From contig OX597818.1 of assembly GCA_951406725.2 (NCBI GenBank), positions 21,948,001 through 22,012,000 on the forward strand: a stretch of 64,000 nt of DNA, in the 5' to 3' direction. The notes under the pieces were generated by a model. That model was given only the letters and a program-made list of their open reading frames with translations. It ran no database searches and was not told the origin of the DNA. Source of the DNA: Octopus vulgaris. Its lineage: Eukaryota. The position numbers and the translations under genes were made by a program. Numbering within the stretch: the first letter of the stretch is position 1; every line of letters starts with the position of its first letter. Below, piece by piece: positions 1-12,238 of this stretch.

Positions 1-1121
1 TGAAAGGCAAAATCAATCACAACAGGATTTGAACTCACAGCAGCAAAGAGTGAAACTGAATACTACAATGCATTTTGTCTGGTACTCTACAGTTTAGTAT
101 CTCTACTATGTTCTTAATGATATTTATAACGATTTTTATTTCATTTTACTTTTGTATATTCATTTTTCCATGCATGGGTAGGAGGATTTATTTGTTACAG
201 CTGGATACCTATCCAACCACTAACCATTGGGCCCTGAAGCAGGGAGTGAGTGGTGCCTGTTTTTGCTGCTGGGTCAGCCAAAATGAAGCAATGTTGAGGC
301 TCTTACCCAGGAAAAGTAGCACAATAACAGTAATAAGATCTAAATTTAGGGCCATGTGAACCATAACCTGCAGTTTAATCTTACGGCCATTACCCTTCTG
401 AATAATAATGTTAATGGTGGTGTTAATGATTAATATTCTAAAAGCAATGACGCTATTATTTGGTACAGGTGAATTGAGTGGGATGAAAACCAACATACAT
501 TCCTGTTATCAAAATACTTCTTGTATTTTTATGATTTATCACAATAAATGTCTTTGGATAGCGTCTCCACCCTGTTAGTGACCATCACCATTTGGGTGTC
601 AGCTAAGTACATTTATTAAAGAATGTTAGCTTAGGTCTAGAGCAGTGGACTGGAAGAATTAGTATAGAACAAAATAAAAACACGTCATAGTACTTAGTCA
701 CATTTCTTTGCATTCTGAGTTCAAATCTCACTAAGATCAACTTTGCCTTTCATTCTTCTGTGCATTAACTTTGCTTTTCGTTTTTCAAAAATCAATGCTG
801 CTTTTCATTGTCTTCAAATTGATGAACTTATTACTGTATTCTTCTCCAAAATTTGCAGCTTTATACCTATGTTAGAAATTATCATTATTAGTAGAATTTT
901 TAATTAGGTTACTAGCCAAAATACTTCTGAGACTGATACAGTTGATGTTCAGCTGGAGTATCTGTAAATCAAGTATTGAGTTATATCCATTCAAATTTTG
1001 ATTTCTAATAGCCAATGAGTTCACTTTGCTTTTCATTTTCCTAGGATCAATATAATACAGGGGTTAATTTAATTTATATCACCTCTCACCACAAAATTCA
1101 TGGTCTTGTGCCTGCATTAAA

Positions 1122-1268
<147 letters not shown>

Positions 1269-2152
1269 TTTCATTAGCATCTTCTTACAATTCTGTTTCC
1301 ATTTCTTGCCAAGTGACACCTAGGGCAGAGAAATGTACTGTATACATTGGTAGGCCATTAAAGCAAACACACCAGATTGTTCATTTATAGAGTAATGTGA
1401 AGGAGGAAGACAGAGAAAAAGGAAAAAATAAAAAATAGAAAAGTAAACAAATAAATGGGGGAAAGAAAAGAAAATTCACAGCGACAATGCTCTTCTCAAT
1501 ATGTGTGATGTACCAGTTAAGGCAATCTTTTACACTTCCTGCATGCATGGTAAACCAGGAATCATTCTTAAATAATTTTCAATTCCTTTTTTGATCATTC
1601 CAAGTGCTCCTACAATCACTGGTATTGTAACTGTCTTGAGATGCCACATCTTTTTGATTTCAATTAGCAAATCTTTATATTTTCTGAGCTTATCAAATTC
1701 TTTTGCTGAGATATTATGGTCACAGGGTATGCCCATGTCAATCAATAAACAGACTTTATTACTTTTGTCTTTCACATCAATATCTGGTTTATTTGCCTTG
1801 ATGGTCCAGTCTGTACATACTTGGAAGTCCCAAAGAATAGTTACATTTTCTCCCTCAGTTACAGCCTTAGGTTGGTGCTTGTACCGTTTGTCAGTAGTTT
1901 TGATTTAATAATGCCGACACATCCAATGTAGATATTGGCCAACTCTGTCATGTCTTGATTTGTACTCTACAAGTGCTAAAACCTTACATCCAGAGATTAG
2001 GTGGTCAACTGTTTCTATCCCATTGTTGCAGTATCAGCACTTCGGGTCTACACCATTTTTTATCACATTGGCTTGATAGTTATGGGTCAATAAACTCTGA
2101 TCTTGGCTAGCCAAGATAAAGCCTTCACTCTCTACCTTTAGCCCTGAGCTCC

Positions 2153-2153
<1 letters not shown>
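1269..2153 (-). mobile_element. 5'-truncated non-LTR retrotransposon, R4/Dong-like clade (CCHC knuckle plus restriction-like endonuclease C-terminus), pseudogenised
   Basis: Minus-strand translation across stops gives ESEGFILASQDQSLLTHNY..DPKC*YC..ETVDHLISGC..YKSRHDRV..ILWDFQ..KANKPDIDVKDK..CLLIDMGIP..KEFDKLRKYKDL..IPVIVGALG..ILRRALSL* (stop 1476-1478). These are the CCHC and PD..D RLE motifs of R4/Dong/NeSL-type elements. Premature stops at ~2034 and 1530; both ends abut trinucleotide repeats. Confidence 0.88.

Positions 2154-2243
<90 letters not shown>
2154..2243. repeat. (ATT)n microsatellite
   Basis: Directly visible; abuts the 5' truncation point of the Dong-like LINE. Confidence 0.97.
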
Positions 2244-2249
<6 letters not shown>

Positions 2250-2407
2250 TATTATCATTGTTGTGTTACAGATTAGTGGGTATTTGGATTGTTTTCTCCC
2301 TTACAAGCCCTCCTTTAATCAAAGTTACACCTTTAAATGCTAATATATGAAAAGGTATGGCATGTAGGGAGTGTCAAACCTCTTAAATGAATATGTTAAA
2401 GCTTATG

Positions 2408-2450
<43 letters not shown>

Positions 2451-5400
2451 GCATTCTTATAAAATAATGCAAAGGCTCATGAAATGGTAAAACTAACTAG
2501 GAAGAATCTAACTCTTGTTGTTTAGTCCTTGATCATCTCTGATCAAGTAGGCCTACAATAAAAAATGTTCCATTATCCTTTAATTTTTTTTTCAAGTATA
2601 AATTATTCAATGTATCCTTTCTTTCTTAAGTTAATAACTTTATTGGGGAGAGTTTTGACTGCTATTTCTAGCAGGTCAAGCAACTATATTGAAGTTCTTT
2701 GTTGTTGTTGTTGCTTGTTTGTTTCTAGATCAACCCTTATCCAATAAGCCTATGACTAAAGATATTCAAACTGCAATTGTGCCATCTTGGTTTAAGATGT
2801 AATCTACAGTTTGGACTCTGTTGTTGCTTCAATGAATGAGGGTTCAGCATGCCAGAGCTGCACTGTGTTCTTACTTTGTTGTATTGTTGTGTAATTTGAC
2901 TTCTGGAGAAGAGTGGTGCTGGTATCCTGGTTTGCTGAATAATCTGCACAATGAATATCATTATAGTAGACATGGTTTGTGCAGACCTACTCCCCACTCT
3001 CTTGTACTTCAAACTTGTATCAGTCTGGTGCAATAAATGTCACAAGGCCCAGTGGTTATCACAATGCAAGATAGATTGGATTTACTTTAGATTGATTTAC
3101 CTTAGACGAGAATCTCAAGAGCTGAAGGGTCTCATCTGCCCTGGGTTCATTTAGATTACTATGAATGCCCTTCTGCAGGCAATTTCATGACAGGCTAATT
3201 AACCCATTACTGGGACTCTGGCAGGTACTACTATACTGAGTCAGTATAGATCTAAGAATCATAGTGGCTGAGAGGTAGTTCAATACTTCTCAAAACCCTG
3301 GAATTCCCGAATCAGGGCCCCACTACTGGATACACTTTAAAGTCATACCCAGAACAATGTAATCAATGTAGGCCCACATTATTTTAAATTCATTATATCT
3401 CCAAAAGTAATGTGTCAGTAACACCAAATATGTGTGATTTCTTCAAATAAAAAGCAAATAAACAAATGAGCTTTTACTCAATCACTCAATCTAAAAGAAT
3501 TAACATCTAAATTTCCCTTGTATCTCACCCAAAAGTATGATCACATTGGATAATGAAGTCCAAAGTATAATGTGTCTGAAACAAGTTACAATGGTCACAG
3601 CTGTATTTTCTTGGATTATGGTCTGATCAGACAGGGGTTAAGTGGGACTAAAGCAAAATAATAAGAGAACTTCTATGTAGTTGCTTGATCTCTAAGATGT
3701 AGCACCCCAATCCTCTTCAAATCATATTTCACTGCTTTAAAATGGGATAATATAGACTCAGATACACTCTGTTCAAAAACAAAAATGGGATGATCAGCCA
3801 GAGCACATTTAATCATAGGTCTGCTGGATTCCAGGATGACCAGGGGGCTAAACAACAATAACAAACTAAACAAAAAGTCTGTGAATACTAGTTGTGATCT
3901 GTATTGGCAATTAGTGAGTATAAGCAGCTCAAATGTATTGCATTTTTAAACTATAAGATTGAATTGTTAATGATGGTGTTTATCAGTAGAAACAAACCTC
4001 TCAACTGGTTTAACATCAATGTCTGGCAGTTGGCTATCTTTAATGATGTCACTCAATTACTCAATCTCCAGTTTGAAGATAGCTTACACTAGTCTCACAG
4101 TCTCTAATATTGGACATAACCATGTTATTAAAAAAAAAGCTTAATTAGAAACCAGTCCTGTTAATCTATATTATATATTTTTAGTGGTCTTGACTATTAA
4201 TTATTCTCTCTTCATGTACCACGTCTGTTGTAAATGCTAGTGATCATGGTCTTCTATGCCAAAATTTGAAGATTGACAATTTTTCTTGGAAAAGATACAA
4301 CAGCAGTTTCCCATTACTTTCTACCAGTTTATTTACAGTTTTATTCTTCTAACCATTTACTTTCCTAGTCTCCTGCTGTCCTAAGTTTATCCTTGTGGTA
4401 GACACCCTATTTAACCCTTTGGCAGAGGGACTAAATCACATGACATCAGAGTATGTCCACACACTTGAGTCAGCACAGCACAAGTCTATGAACCAGCCCT
4501 CTTCTGACTCTTCTAAACCTTAACCCCAGGACCATATTCTTCTATTTGACCCATGACTGGAGCCTGTGACAGCTACAACCATTCCAGGCCAGATTAGAGC
4601 TGGCAATAGTGGTGGTTAAAGGTAGCTCTATACTGGACATGAGCAACCTTTTTCAAGAAGCAGGCTATATGAGACATGGCTAACCATTAGGCAGGCTGCA
4701 CTGCTTAAAAACTTTCAAGGTAATTTTTAGTTAGGTGTACCATTCAGAAAATCCCACAAACCACATGAACTGCAAGTTGCCCATAACTGCTCTATAACCC
4801 CTGCAAACCTCCTGAACTCTTAAATTAGAGCTTCATCACCATATGCAGTTTAATTTATTGTCCCGGGCATATTAATAATTATGTGTGTTTTTGATTATGT
4901 AACTTGTATATTTTTCCATTTTTTGTGTGTGTGTGTGTATAGAGTGCAGATGTCTAGGGAATAGGGTAACAGACAAACAGCAAAGATGTTGGCAATTTGT
5001 TTCCTGTGTCATTCTGTTTAGCTCCAGATCTGTCCTGATTGAGAAGATCTGTTATGAAATGTGTTCCAGCTGTAACAAAACCACCTTCTTTTCATATAGT
5101 TCTACATAGCTCTAGGAAGATTTGGTTGTTTTTTCTAGTGTACCAAACATTAACTGAGACTCCATCATCTCATTACCAGGGATATGTCCATAAAAGAACA
5201 CTTAATTAACTCTCAAAAGGGTACAGTCCACATAGCTGTAAAGTTAGTCTACAGAGTACAAGCTGCTCTTTGCATTGTTAATTCAATCAGTTATGATCTC
5301 ACAGTGCAAAGTTCAGTTTCTCTTGTAGGGAAAGGTATCCAATGAAAAATTTATCTCGCATTGGCTTCATGTTACAAAAAATAGAGATAAGCATCAGGCT

Positions 5401-6479
5401 ATGTGACTTTATTGTAATTGAAATTAAAGAAAAAAAATTACTTGTTATGTGTTTAGAAAAAGATTTGTTTTGAAATATTATATTGAAATGGAGTTAACTT
5501 TGAAATTAAATCAAGTAAAACAAACAACCTCATTCTTTTCATTATTCCTATTATTGTAGTTTTAGTCTTTTTTTTCAATGTTTTTTTCTTCAAAACATAT
5601 CAGAGAACAGCTCATGATTGTATGGAGAAAGACATTAGTTATACTAACTCTAAGAAGGAATAGATGAGTAAAAAAAAAAAAAAAAAATAATAATAATAGT
5701 AATAATAATAATTTACTAAATTGATCACCAAAAATGGGCTAATGGCAGCAGGTAGCAGAATCAGTAAAAAAAATAGTTATAACTGACACCTCTTCATATT
5801 ATGAGCTCAAATCCTGATGCTAAAGTTAGAAATCCTTTTCGTCATGGATTAATACTGTAGGGATTCTACTGTCTCCTATATCTGTCAAGAATTGGTTTTG
5901 TGCTTAAAGAAGAAATTATTGCGAAAAAAAATTCTTCTGATCAGAAAGTTATGTATAAATTTCTTCATTTTTATAGATCATCATCCTTCAAAACGGCTAT
6001 TTATCTTTTGATAGTTCCATAAATGATTGGAACTAATAAGAAAAATAATGTAGTTTTAATATCGTTTTGATTTTAAAATCTATTTTGAATTAAATATTTG
6101 AATGTCATACCTGTTTCCATTATTATCATTTTTTTGTTTCTACATTATGATTTTTAGGTTCAGTCCTCTCTCTTTAATAACCTATATGAGCCTTAAAATG
6201 TAAAGATTGTAGAAGGTTCCCATATGATAAATACTATTAAATTTTGGTACAATCTACTAATGTTATGTTAGCATGTCTGCATTTTAAATTTAATATGTAT
6301 TGTAAATAACACATCTCAGATGGTGCATGGCTTGTTCTGTTTTCAAGCATGAAGTCAATAACTTGAAATTTTTTTTAGAAATTTAACAAAAAAAAATGCA
6401 TCTTTTGGATTGTTCTTCTGTTTTTAATTTTTTTTTTTTAATATCTTGCACTAACATTTGTTGCCTTTTTTTATTGCAG

Positions 6480-6503
6480 AGAGTTTGGAATTATTGATGT
6501 CAG
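6480..6503 (+). CDS. Candidate 24-nt frame-preserving microexon of the CAP/SORBS gene (x-SLELLMS-x, phase 1/1)
   Basis: Branch point CACTAAC at 6449-6455, polypyrimidine tract, TGCAG acceptor ending 6479, and CAG|GTTTCT donor at 6504 (weak intronic side). Length is divisible by 3 and the phase matches the acceptor at 30368. Confidence 0.3.
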
Positions 6504-6997
6504 GTTTCTCCGCTTGCATGGCTCGCCTCATTAAGCATAGTACATTGATTACTTGACTTCATATAAAGTTGAGCTGTAGAATTAACTAATTATTTACTGT
6601 GCTATGATGATTGTTGTTACTATGACAACCAATAACATACATCATTTTCCAGCCCCATTATCAAACCATTCTCAGACCCATTCTAGTACAAAAAAAGAAA
6701 AAGGAAGGAAAGAGCACGAAATAGAAAAGCTTGTGTTCTGTTGTTCCCCTCATTTGCTAATATTATTTAGATTCCAGTCTGGCTTATAGACTAACAATAA
6801 TCCCTTTCATAACTACCATTCTGGGAAGCTCCATGTAATTATACACATATACAAACAATAATTTATGAAAGATTAATGATTCTGCTTCCAGCTCCATATT
6901 TTTAAACATATCTTGTTCATCTCCTAGAAATGTGCACTAATTATTTTGTGTCTCCTAAATATCTGAATTTCAGATAATAACAAAAACACATGATAAT

Positions 6998-9900
6998 ATG
7001 AGATATAAGGACCCTTTATACTTTATCCAGCCTCTGTTATTATCTAATACGCAACACATTAGCAAAATATCAAATACTTTCATTTACCTGTTCATCAACT
7101 CCATCATTTGTAATGTTATTAATAAAATGCAAAGCCCAACATTGTATAAGTATGACACAAACCAACAATCTTTCTTCAGTATAGACAAAGATACAAGTGA
7201 TTCTCTATACACTGGTAATGAAGAAAATACTAACATTTACTCTCTAAACTCTGAAGCTTATCAACAGAAGAGTGTGCCTAAAAGTACATTTCCCTTTGAT
7301 GATACCATGACTAGATTTGAAATGGGTGCAAGAGATCAAAACTATACTGAGGAGGATTTAGCTAAATCTAACAATTCTTCTATCAATGATAGGTCTCAGA
7401 ACAGATCAAACCAAGCTAATATTAGTAATCATGTGAAAACTGACAGCTTGCTAGCTCATAAATCAAAATTTGTAGATGTCAAAGATTATGCACATGAAGA
7501 TCAGTATAGGAGAAATGTATCTGAAGAAATATCACTTCTTGAAGAAAATAGAGCAAACTACAAACAGTTTGCTTCACAGCTTGGTGCCCAGTTATGGAAC
7601 TCACAGAAGGAAATGAAGGAGGAGCGATCCAAGCACAAACCTGGTAGTAATGACCCTGTTAATCGTATAGATCATCATACCTATCAGTCTTATGCTGCTG
7701 GAATACTACATTCCTCAAAAAGATCTGAGAAATTTTTAAAGCTCAAGAAAAACTTTGACATACTCAATCAGATTTCTGTTCTTGAGAATCACTATGGCAT
7801 TTCTAGTGCTGCTGTGTCTGAACCAAACAACAATAACTATAATAAGCTTCCTCCTAAAAAACTTCGCATGCTGAACCAACTCTACCAGGAATTAAATGAT
7901 GCGCAAAGCAAAAGAGAATTCTATTGCTCTCTACATCCTGTCCAAAATCACTGGAATCCAAATAAGGACCAAGGGTTGAAGCTTCAAAAACCTTTTAGAG
8001 ATCGATTTGCAGTTTACAGTAAAGGTGTTAACAGAGACCAACCTGTGAAACATGCCGAGATAGGTCAAATAAAGTCATCACAGTCAGTTAAGAATCTATG
8101 TATGAAATATACCAAACTTGATAATGAGAACAAAGATCAGAAATTGAAATGTGCCAAAAGTAATTCCAACTCAAAACAACACAGTTTTGCAAGCAACACT
8201 TTACCAAGGGTTCTTACAGAAGGAAAAAAAGACAATTTGGGATCATACACACCCCGACCTACTCATGGTACTAATATTGAAGAAGTTCCACATTTATATG
8301 AAATTCATGTAAAACATGCTCGGTCATTGCCTCGCCTAAATTTGCAATCATTACACATTCGTTCTGAATCGGCACCTTATGAAAATAAACGTGAGAGGCA
8401 TTCTCCAGTTCTGACTAGGTCTTCATCATGCAGAGACTCTTTCTTTGATTTCTCAAAGAATTTAGAAAATAATAACACCAACAGCAGCAGCAATGACTTT
8501 CATGGAAATTTTCCAGAAAATAATTCATCTATTTCAGCAATTCATAACAATTTGACATTAAGTTCACCACATGCAAATGAGTGTTTAAATAAATCATCTT
8601 TTAGTTCATCTTCAACTGAAAATGATATTCATTTCAATGGCAGTAAGTATCAATTTTGTGAAGAATCTACAAGAAATCCACATGAAAACCTGTCTTTTAA
8701 GCATGATAGAAAGTTAACAGTAATGAACAAAGACAGTGTCATGAATAACATGACTGCCATTGATTCTCATCCATCTTCTCAGAAGGAAAACTGCAATCCT
8801 TTCCAAACTGAAAATGATTACAATCAGATCACAGCACCTCTAACAAATGGGAACAAAGATCATCAGAATTCTACAGCAAGGAATAATGATGATACTGCGA
8901 ATCCAGTATTTTATATCCGTGATGTAAAGAGTTTTGTCAAAGACAATAATGAATTTTATAGGGAATCTCTTTTTGATGTACCAGACCAGTATTTTGAAGT
9001 TCCAGTTTTAAATTCTTCACCTCCAGATTCTCCTCCACCTATTGATGAATTAGATAGGGAAGAAGTAACCTTTCTAATGCAGTCACTTGACCCCTATGAT
9101 ATTTATCCTGACAAACCTTTTACAACAGATGATCATTCTGTTTATTTTGATGATGACTTGAGACAAGGACAGAGATTATATAAATCCTTATCTGTACCTT
9201 CTTTCCACACTGGAAATGAAGCAGAGGATTATTTATTAGAGAGCCAACCTGTGGAATCTGAAGATTTGCATGATGACAACAAAAATCTAAATCAAATTAA
9301 AGATGGCTATCATCTTAATTTTACAATGCCATACTCTTTGCAAGCACCTATGCAGCCATTGGAACATGTTGAACCTCAAGAGCAAGTTCCAAATCATATT
9401 CAAGATACATATAGTGCTAGTAATTTTCAATCAGAAAATAACCAAATATACAAAATTGATGAAAATTTAACTATTCAAGGGCTTGACAGTGCTGATAAGG
9501 AACTAATAAGAAACCACATTAATAATTTAAATGGAGAGTGTTTACTTTCTGAACTGTTGTGCTCACGTAATAGAAGGTCTCATAGGATTTCAAATAAGCA
9601 AAATAACTATACAAATAGTAAAGTTGATCCCCAAAATATTGTAGAAAACTCTAAAGAAAATAAGGCTATCTCTAACACAATTGGAGACAGGTCTACTTTA
9701 AGTTCAGTTGTCATTTCACCCAATCCAATTTCTTTGACAACTGAATGTAGAAGACCTACCACAACTAGTCACTCCCTCCAACTAAGTTCTAACCCCTTCT
9801 ATACTCCTGCCAGCTCAGAAATTTCCACTTCATATCAGTCTGACTTATTGCCTAAGTCATCTGATAGTAAGATAGTGAAAAAAGCATCTAAACCACCAGA

Positions 9901-10718
9901 GGTTCCTCCTCGTACATCAGGTATAAGCATTATTAAAGCAGCTAGATCAGGTGTACCACCTCATATATGTAGAATAACCTCAGCAAAAACATCTCCTGTA
10001 CTAGATCTGCCACCAAGCATATCTGGAATAAACCCACTTAAAAGATATGACTACTCTGTTTCCCCAGACACATCTGGGATAAATCCATTTAAAACATCAA
10101 GCCAACCAGATATATCTACAAACATATCTGGAGTTAATCCATTAAATACATATAACCAGTCTAATGTCACAACAATTGGAGTAAATCCTTTTCTAACATT
10201 TAGTCAATCAGATATATCTCCAAGCAGGTCTAGTATCAACTCCTTTCAAACATCTAGTCAACCTAATCTATCTCTTAACACCTCTGGAATGAATCCATTT
10301 AAAGCTGCTATCCCATCAGATAGGCCTCTTAACACATTTGCATCAAATCCATTTAAACCCTCTAATTTGTCACAGCTATCTCATAGCACATCTGGAGCTA
10401 GTGTAAATGTATTATCTAATCAACCAGATTTATCAGCTGGCATTCATGGAGTTAACACTGTCAAAACACCACAAACTCAACCAGTTTTATTGAATGATAC
10501 TCACAGAATGAATATTGTCAACACAATGCAAAATGAACTACAAAACAACAACTGGCAAAGAACACTTCCACAAATGACTTCAAATACCACAGCTACTACT
10601 ACTACTACTTCTACAATAACTACAACTGCTAATGCAACAACTACTATTAGTGCTACTACATCAACCACAACTGCAGAACAGGAAATGATTATTTCACAGC
10701 CAGACCAAGAAAATACAG
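6998..10718 (+). CDS. SORBS1: Giant (~3.7 kb) exon of the CAP/sorbin and SH3 domain-containing protein gene; largely disordered Ser/Asn-rich region; probably an alternative first or cassette exon
   Basis: Uninterrupted 1246-codon ORF in very AT-rich DNA, which cannot be chance. Donor ACAG|GTGAAT after 10718 is phase 1 and joins in frame (G+CT=Ala) to exon 30368. The 5' boundary is uncertain: in-frame stop at 6956-6958; possible starts are ATG 6998, ATG 7127 (aaaATG context) or the acceptor CAG at 6971-6973. Gene assignment rests on splice-phase continuity with the downstream SORBS-like exons. Confidence 0.75.
10022..10555 (+). repeat. Coding tandem repeat, about 10 units of ~54 nt (18 aa), consensus SG(I/V/M)NP(F/L)..S.QPD.S
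   Basis: Unit starts at 10022, 10073, 10127, 10175, 10229, 10283, 10337, 10391, 10445 and 10502 (spacing 48-57 nt, mostly 54). Confidence 0.8.
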
Positions 10719-11532
10719 GTGAATCATTTTACACCTGATTCATTAGTTTATATTGAAAAGTATAATGATAATAGTAATAATTGGTTCCCTATTTAGGAAA
10801 AGTCCTCTTTATTTTAGTACTAATTTTATGTGGTTTGATTTTGTAGTTTCTTGGTTCATCTATTCTTTCTTTTTGTTTTTGGCTTTCAAATTTATTAATT
10901 TCTTTCATTAATAGTTAACATACTTAATTATTTTTGTTTTCATTTATGGTTTATCATTGTCTTTAAATTGCTTTCTGGAGAAACACACACATACACACTC
11001 TCTCTCTCTCTTTCTCTAACACACACAATGCCTTAGCGCGGCCTTAACTTTTATGGTTAAAAATGAACTGACAAAAAGTGTGTGTGTTTGTGTCAATAAA
11101 TGTATTTGCAAATATATTCAACCCTCCCACTAACCTAAATGAAGAAAAATTTCCATTCCTGTTAAAAGCTTATTAATTTCATTTATCTTAATTGAAATTA
11201 ATTTTTTTTGTTTAGAAGTTTAAAATTTAATGTGAATATGTATTTTAAAAATGATGATAATTGTTTTTAATAAGGCAAAGCAAACTAAAAAAAAAATTTT
11301 TAGTAAGAGGAAGGAATATTTGATTAAATCAGCCTCAGTACCCAACTGGTACTTTGAAAGGCAAAAGTGACCTTAGTGAGATTTGAACTCAAAATATATA
11401 AATAGTTGGAATAAATTCTAAGAATCCTTTTATCCAGCACTATCAATTCTGCCAATCTAATGACCTTAATAATAATAATAATAATAATAATGATGATGAT
11501 GATAATGATGGTTAAATAATACATACAAACAC

Positions 11533-11562
<30 letters not shown>

Positions 11563-11566
<4 letters not shown>

Positions 11567-11775
11567 TTTTTCCTTGGGGCTGGCCAAATTGGAGCAATCT
11601 CAAGAGTAATCAGCCGAAATTGCGTGGATAATCTGGTGCTTGACTGAGGATAGAAAACTTCGAATGACCCGTCCTTGTTTTCTTTGTATCGTCTATCTGG
11701 ATGTTTTGCTGTCCCTTTTTGTATCACCTAGCTGTCTGGATGTTTTGCGTTCTTGTCCCATTTTGTATTTTATAT
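11563..11775. mobile_element. Interspersed repeat fragment embedded in (TA)n, possibly a Penelope-type terminal segment
   Basis: CpG-containing ~210-bp block with an internal repeat (TCTGGATGTTTTGC twice), bracketed by TA/CA microsatellites. Family assignment is tentative. Confidence 0.35.
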
Positions 11776-12195
11776 TTATATATATATACACACACACACA
11801 CACATACATATATATATTTCTTTACATATAGATAATCATAAACATTTAATATTAATATATAGTTTCTTGGCATTCTTTCCATGAAAACTGGAATAAAAAT
11901 GACTCTATGTTAATGTCTCTCTATCAATCATTTTTTTTTTAATGGATTATTAATGATGTTTTGGTAGTCTCTGTAAGAAATTCACTTTGCAGTAATGTTG
12001 TTCCTATGTCAATTTAACTATATGACACCTTGGACAAATATCTTTCTTTACAGCCTCAAATTTGGGCAATGCCTTCTAAGTTAAATTTTTTTTAAAGGGA
12101 AACTACATGAAAAACTGTTTTTGTGTGTGTATAATGTGTGTGTGTGTGTTTTATACATTTCAGCACTAAGCTGTGGCCATGCTGGAGCACCACTA

Positions 12196-12238
<43 letters not shown>

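Noticed and set aside
5960-6010. Acceptor-like TTTTTATAG followed by DHHPSKR-like codons
   Set aside because: No GT donor before the in-frame stop; cannot be supported.
11640-11680. CTGAGGA..CGAAT..GTC hammerhead-like string
   Set aside because: The GAAA box is incomplete and stem I does not pair.
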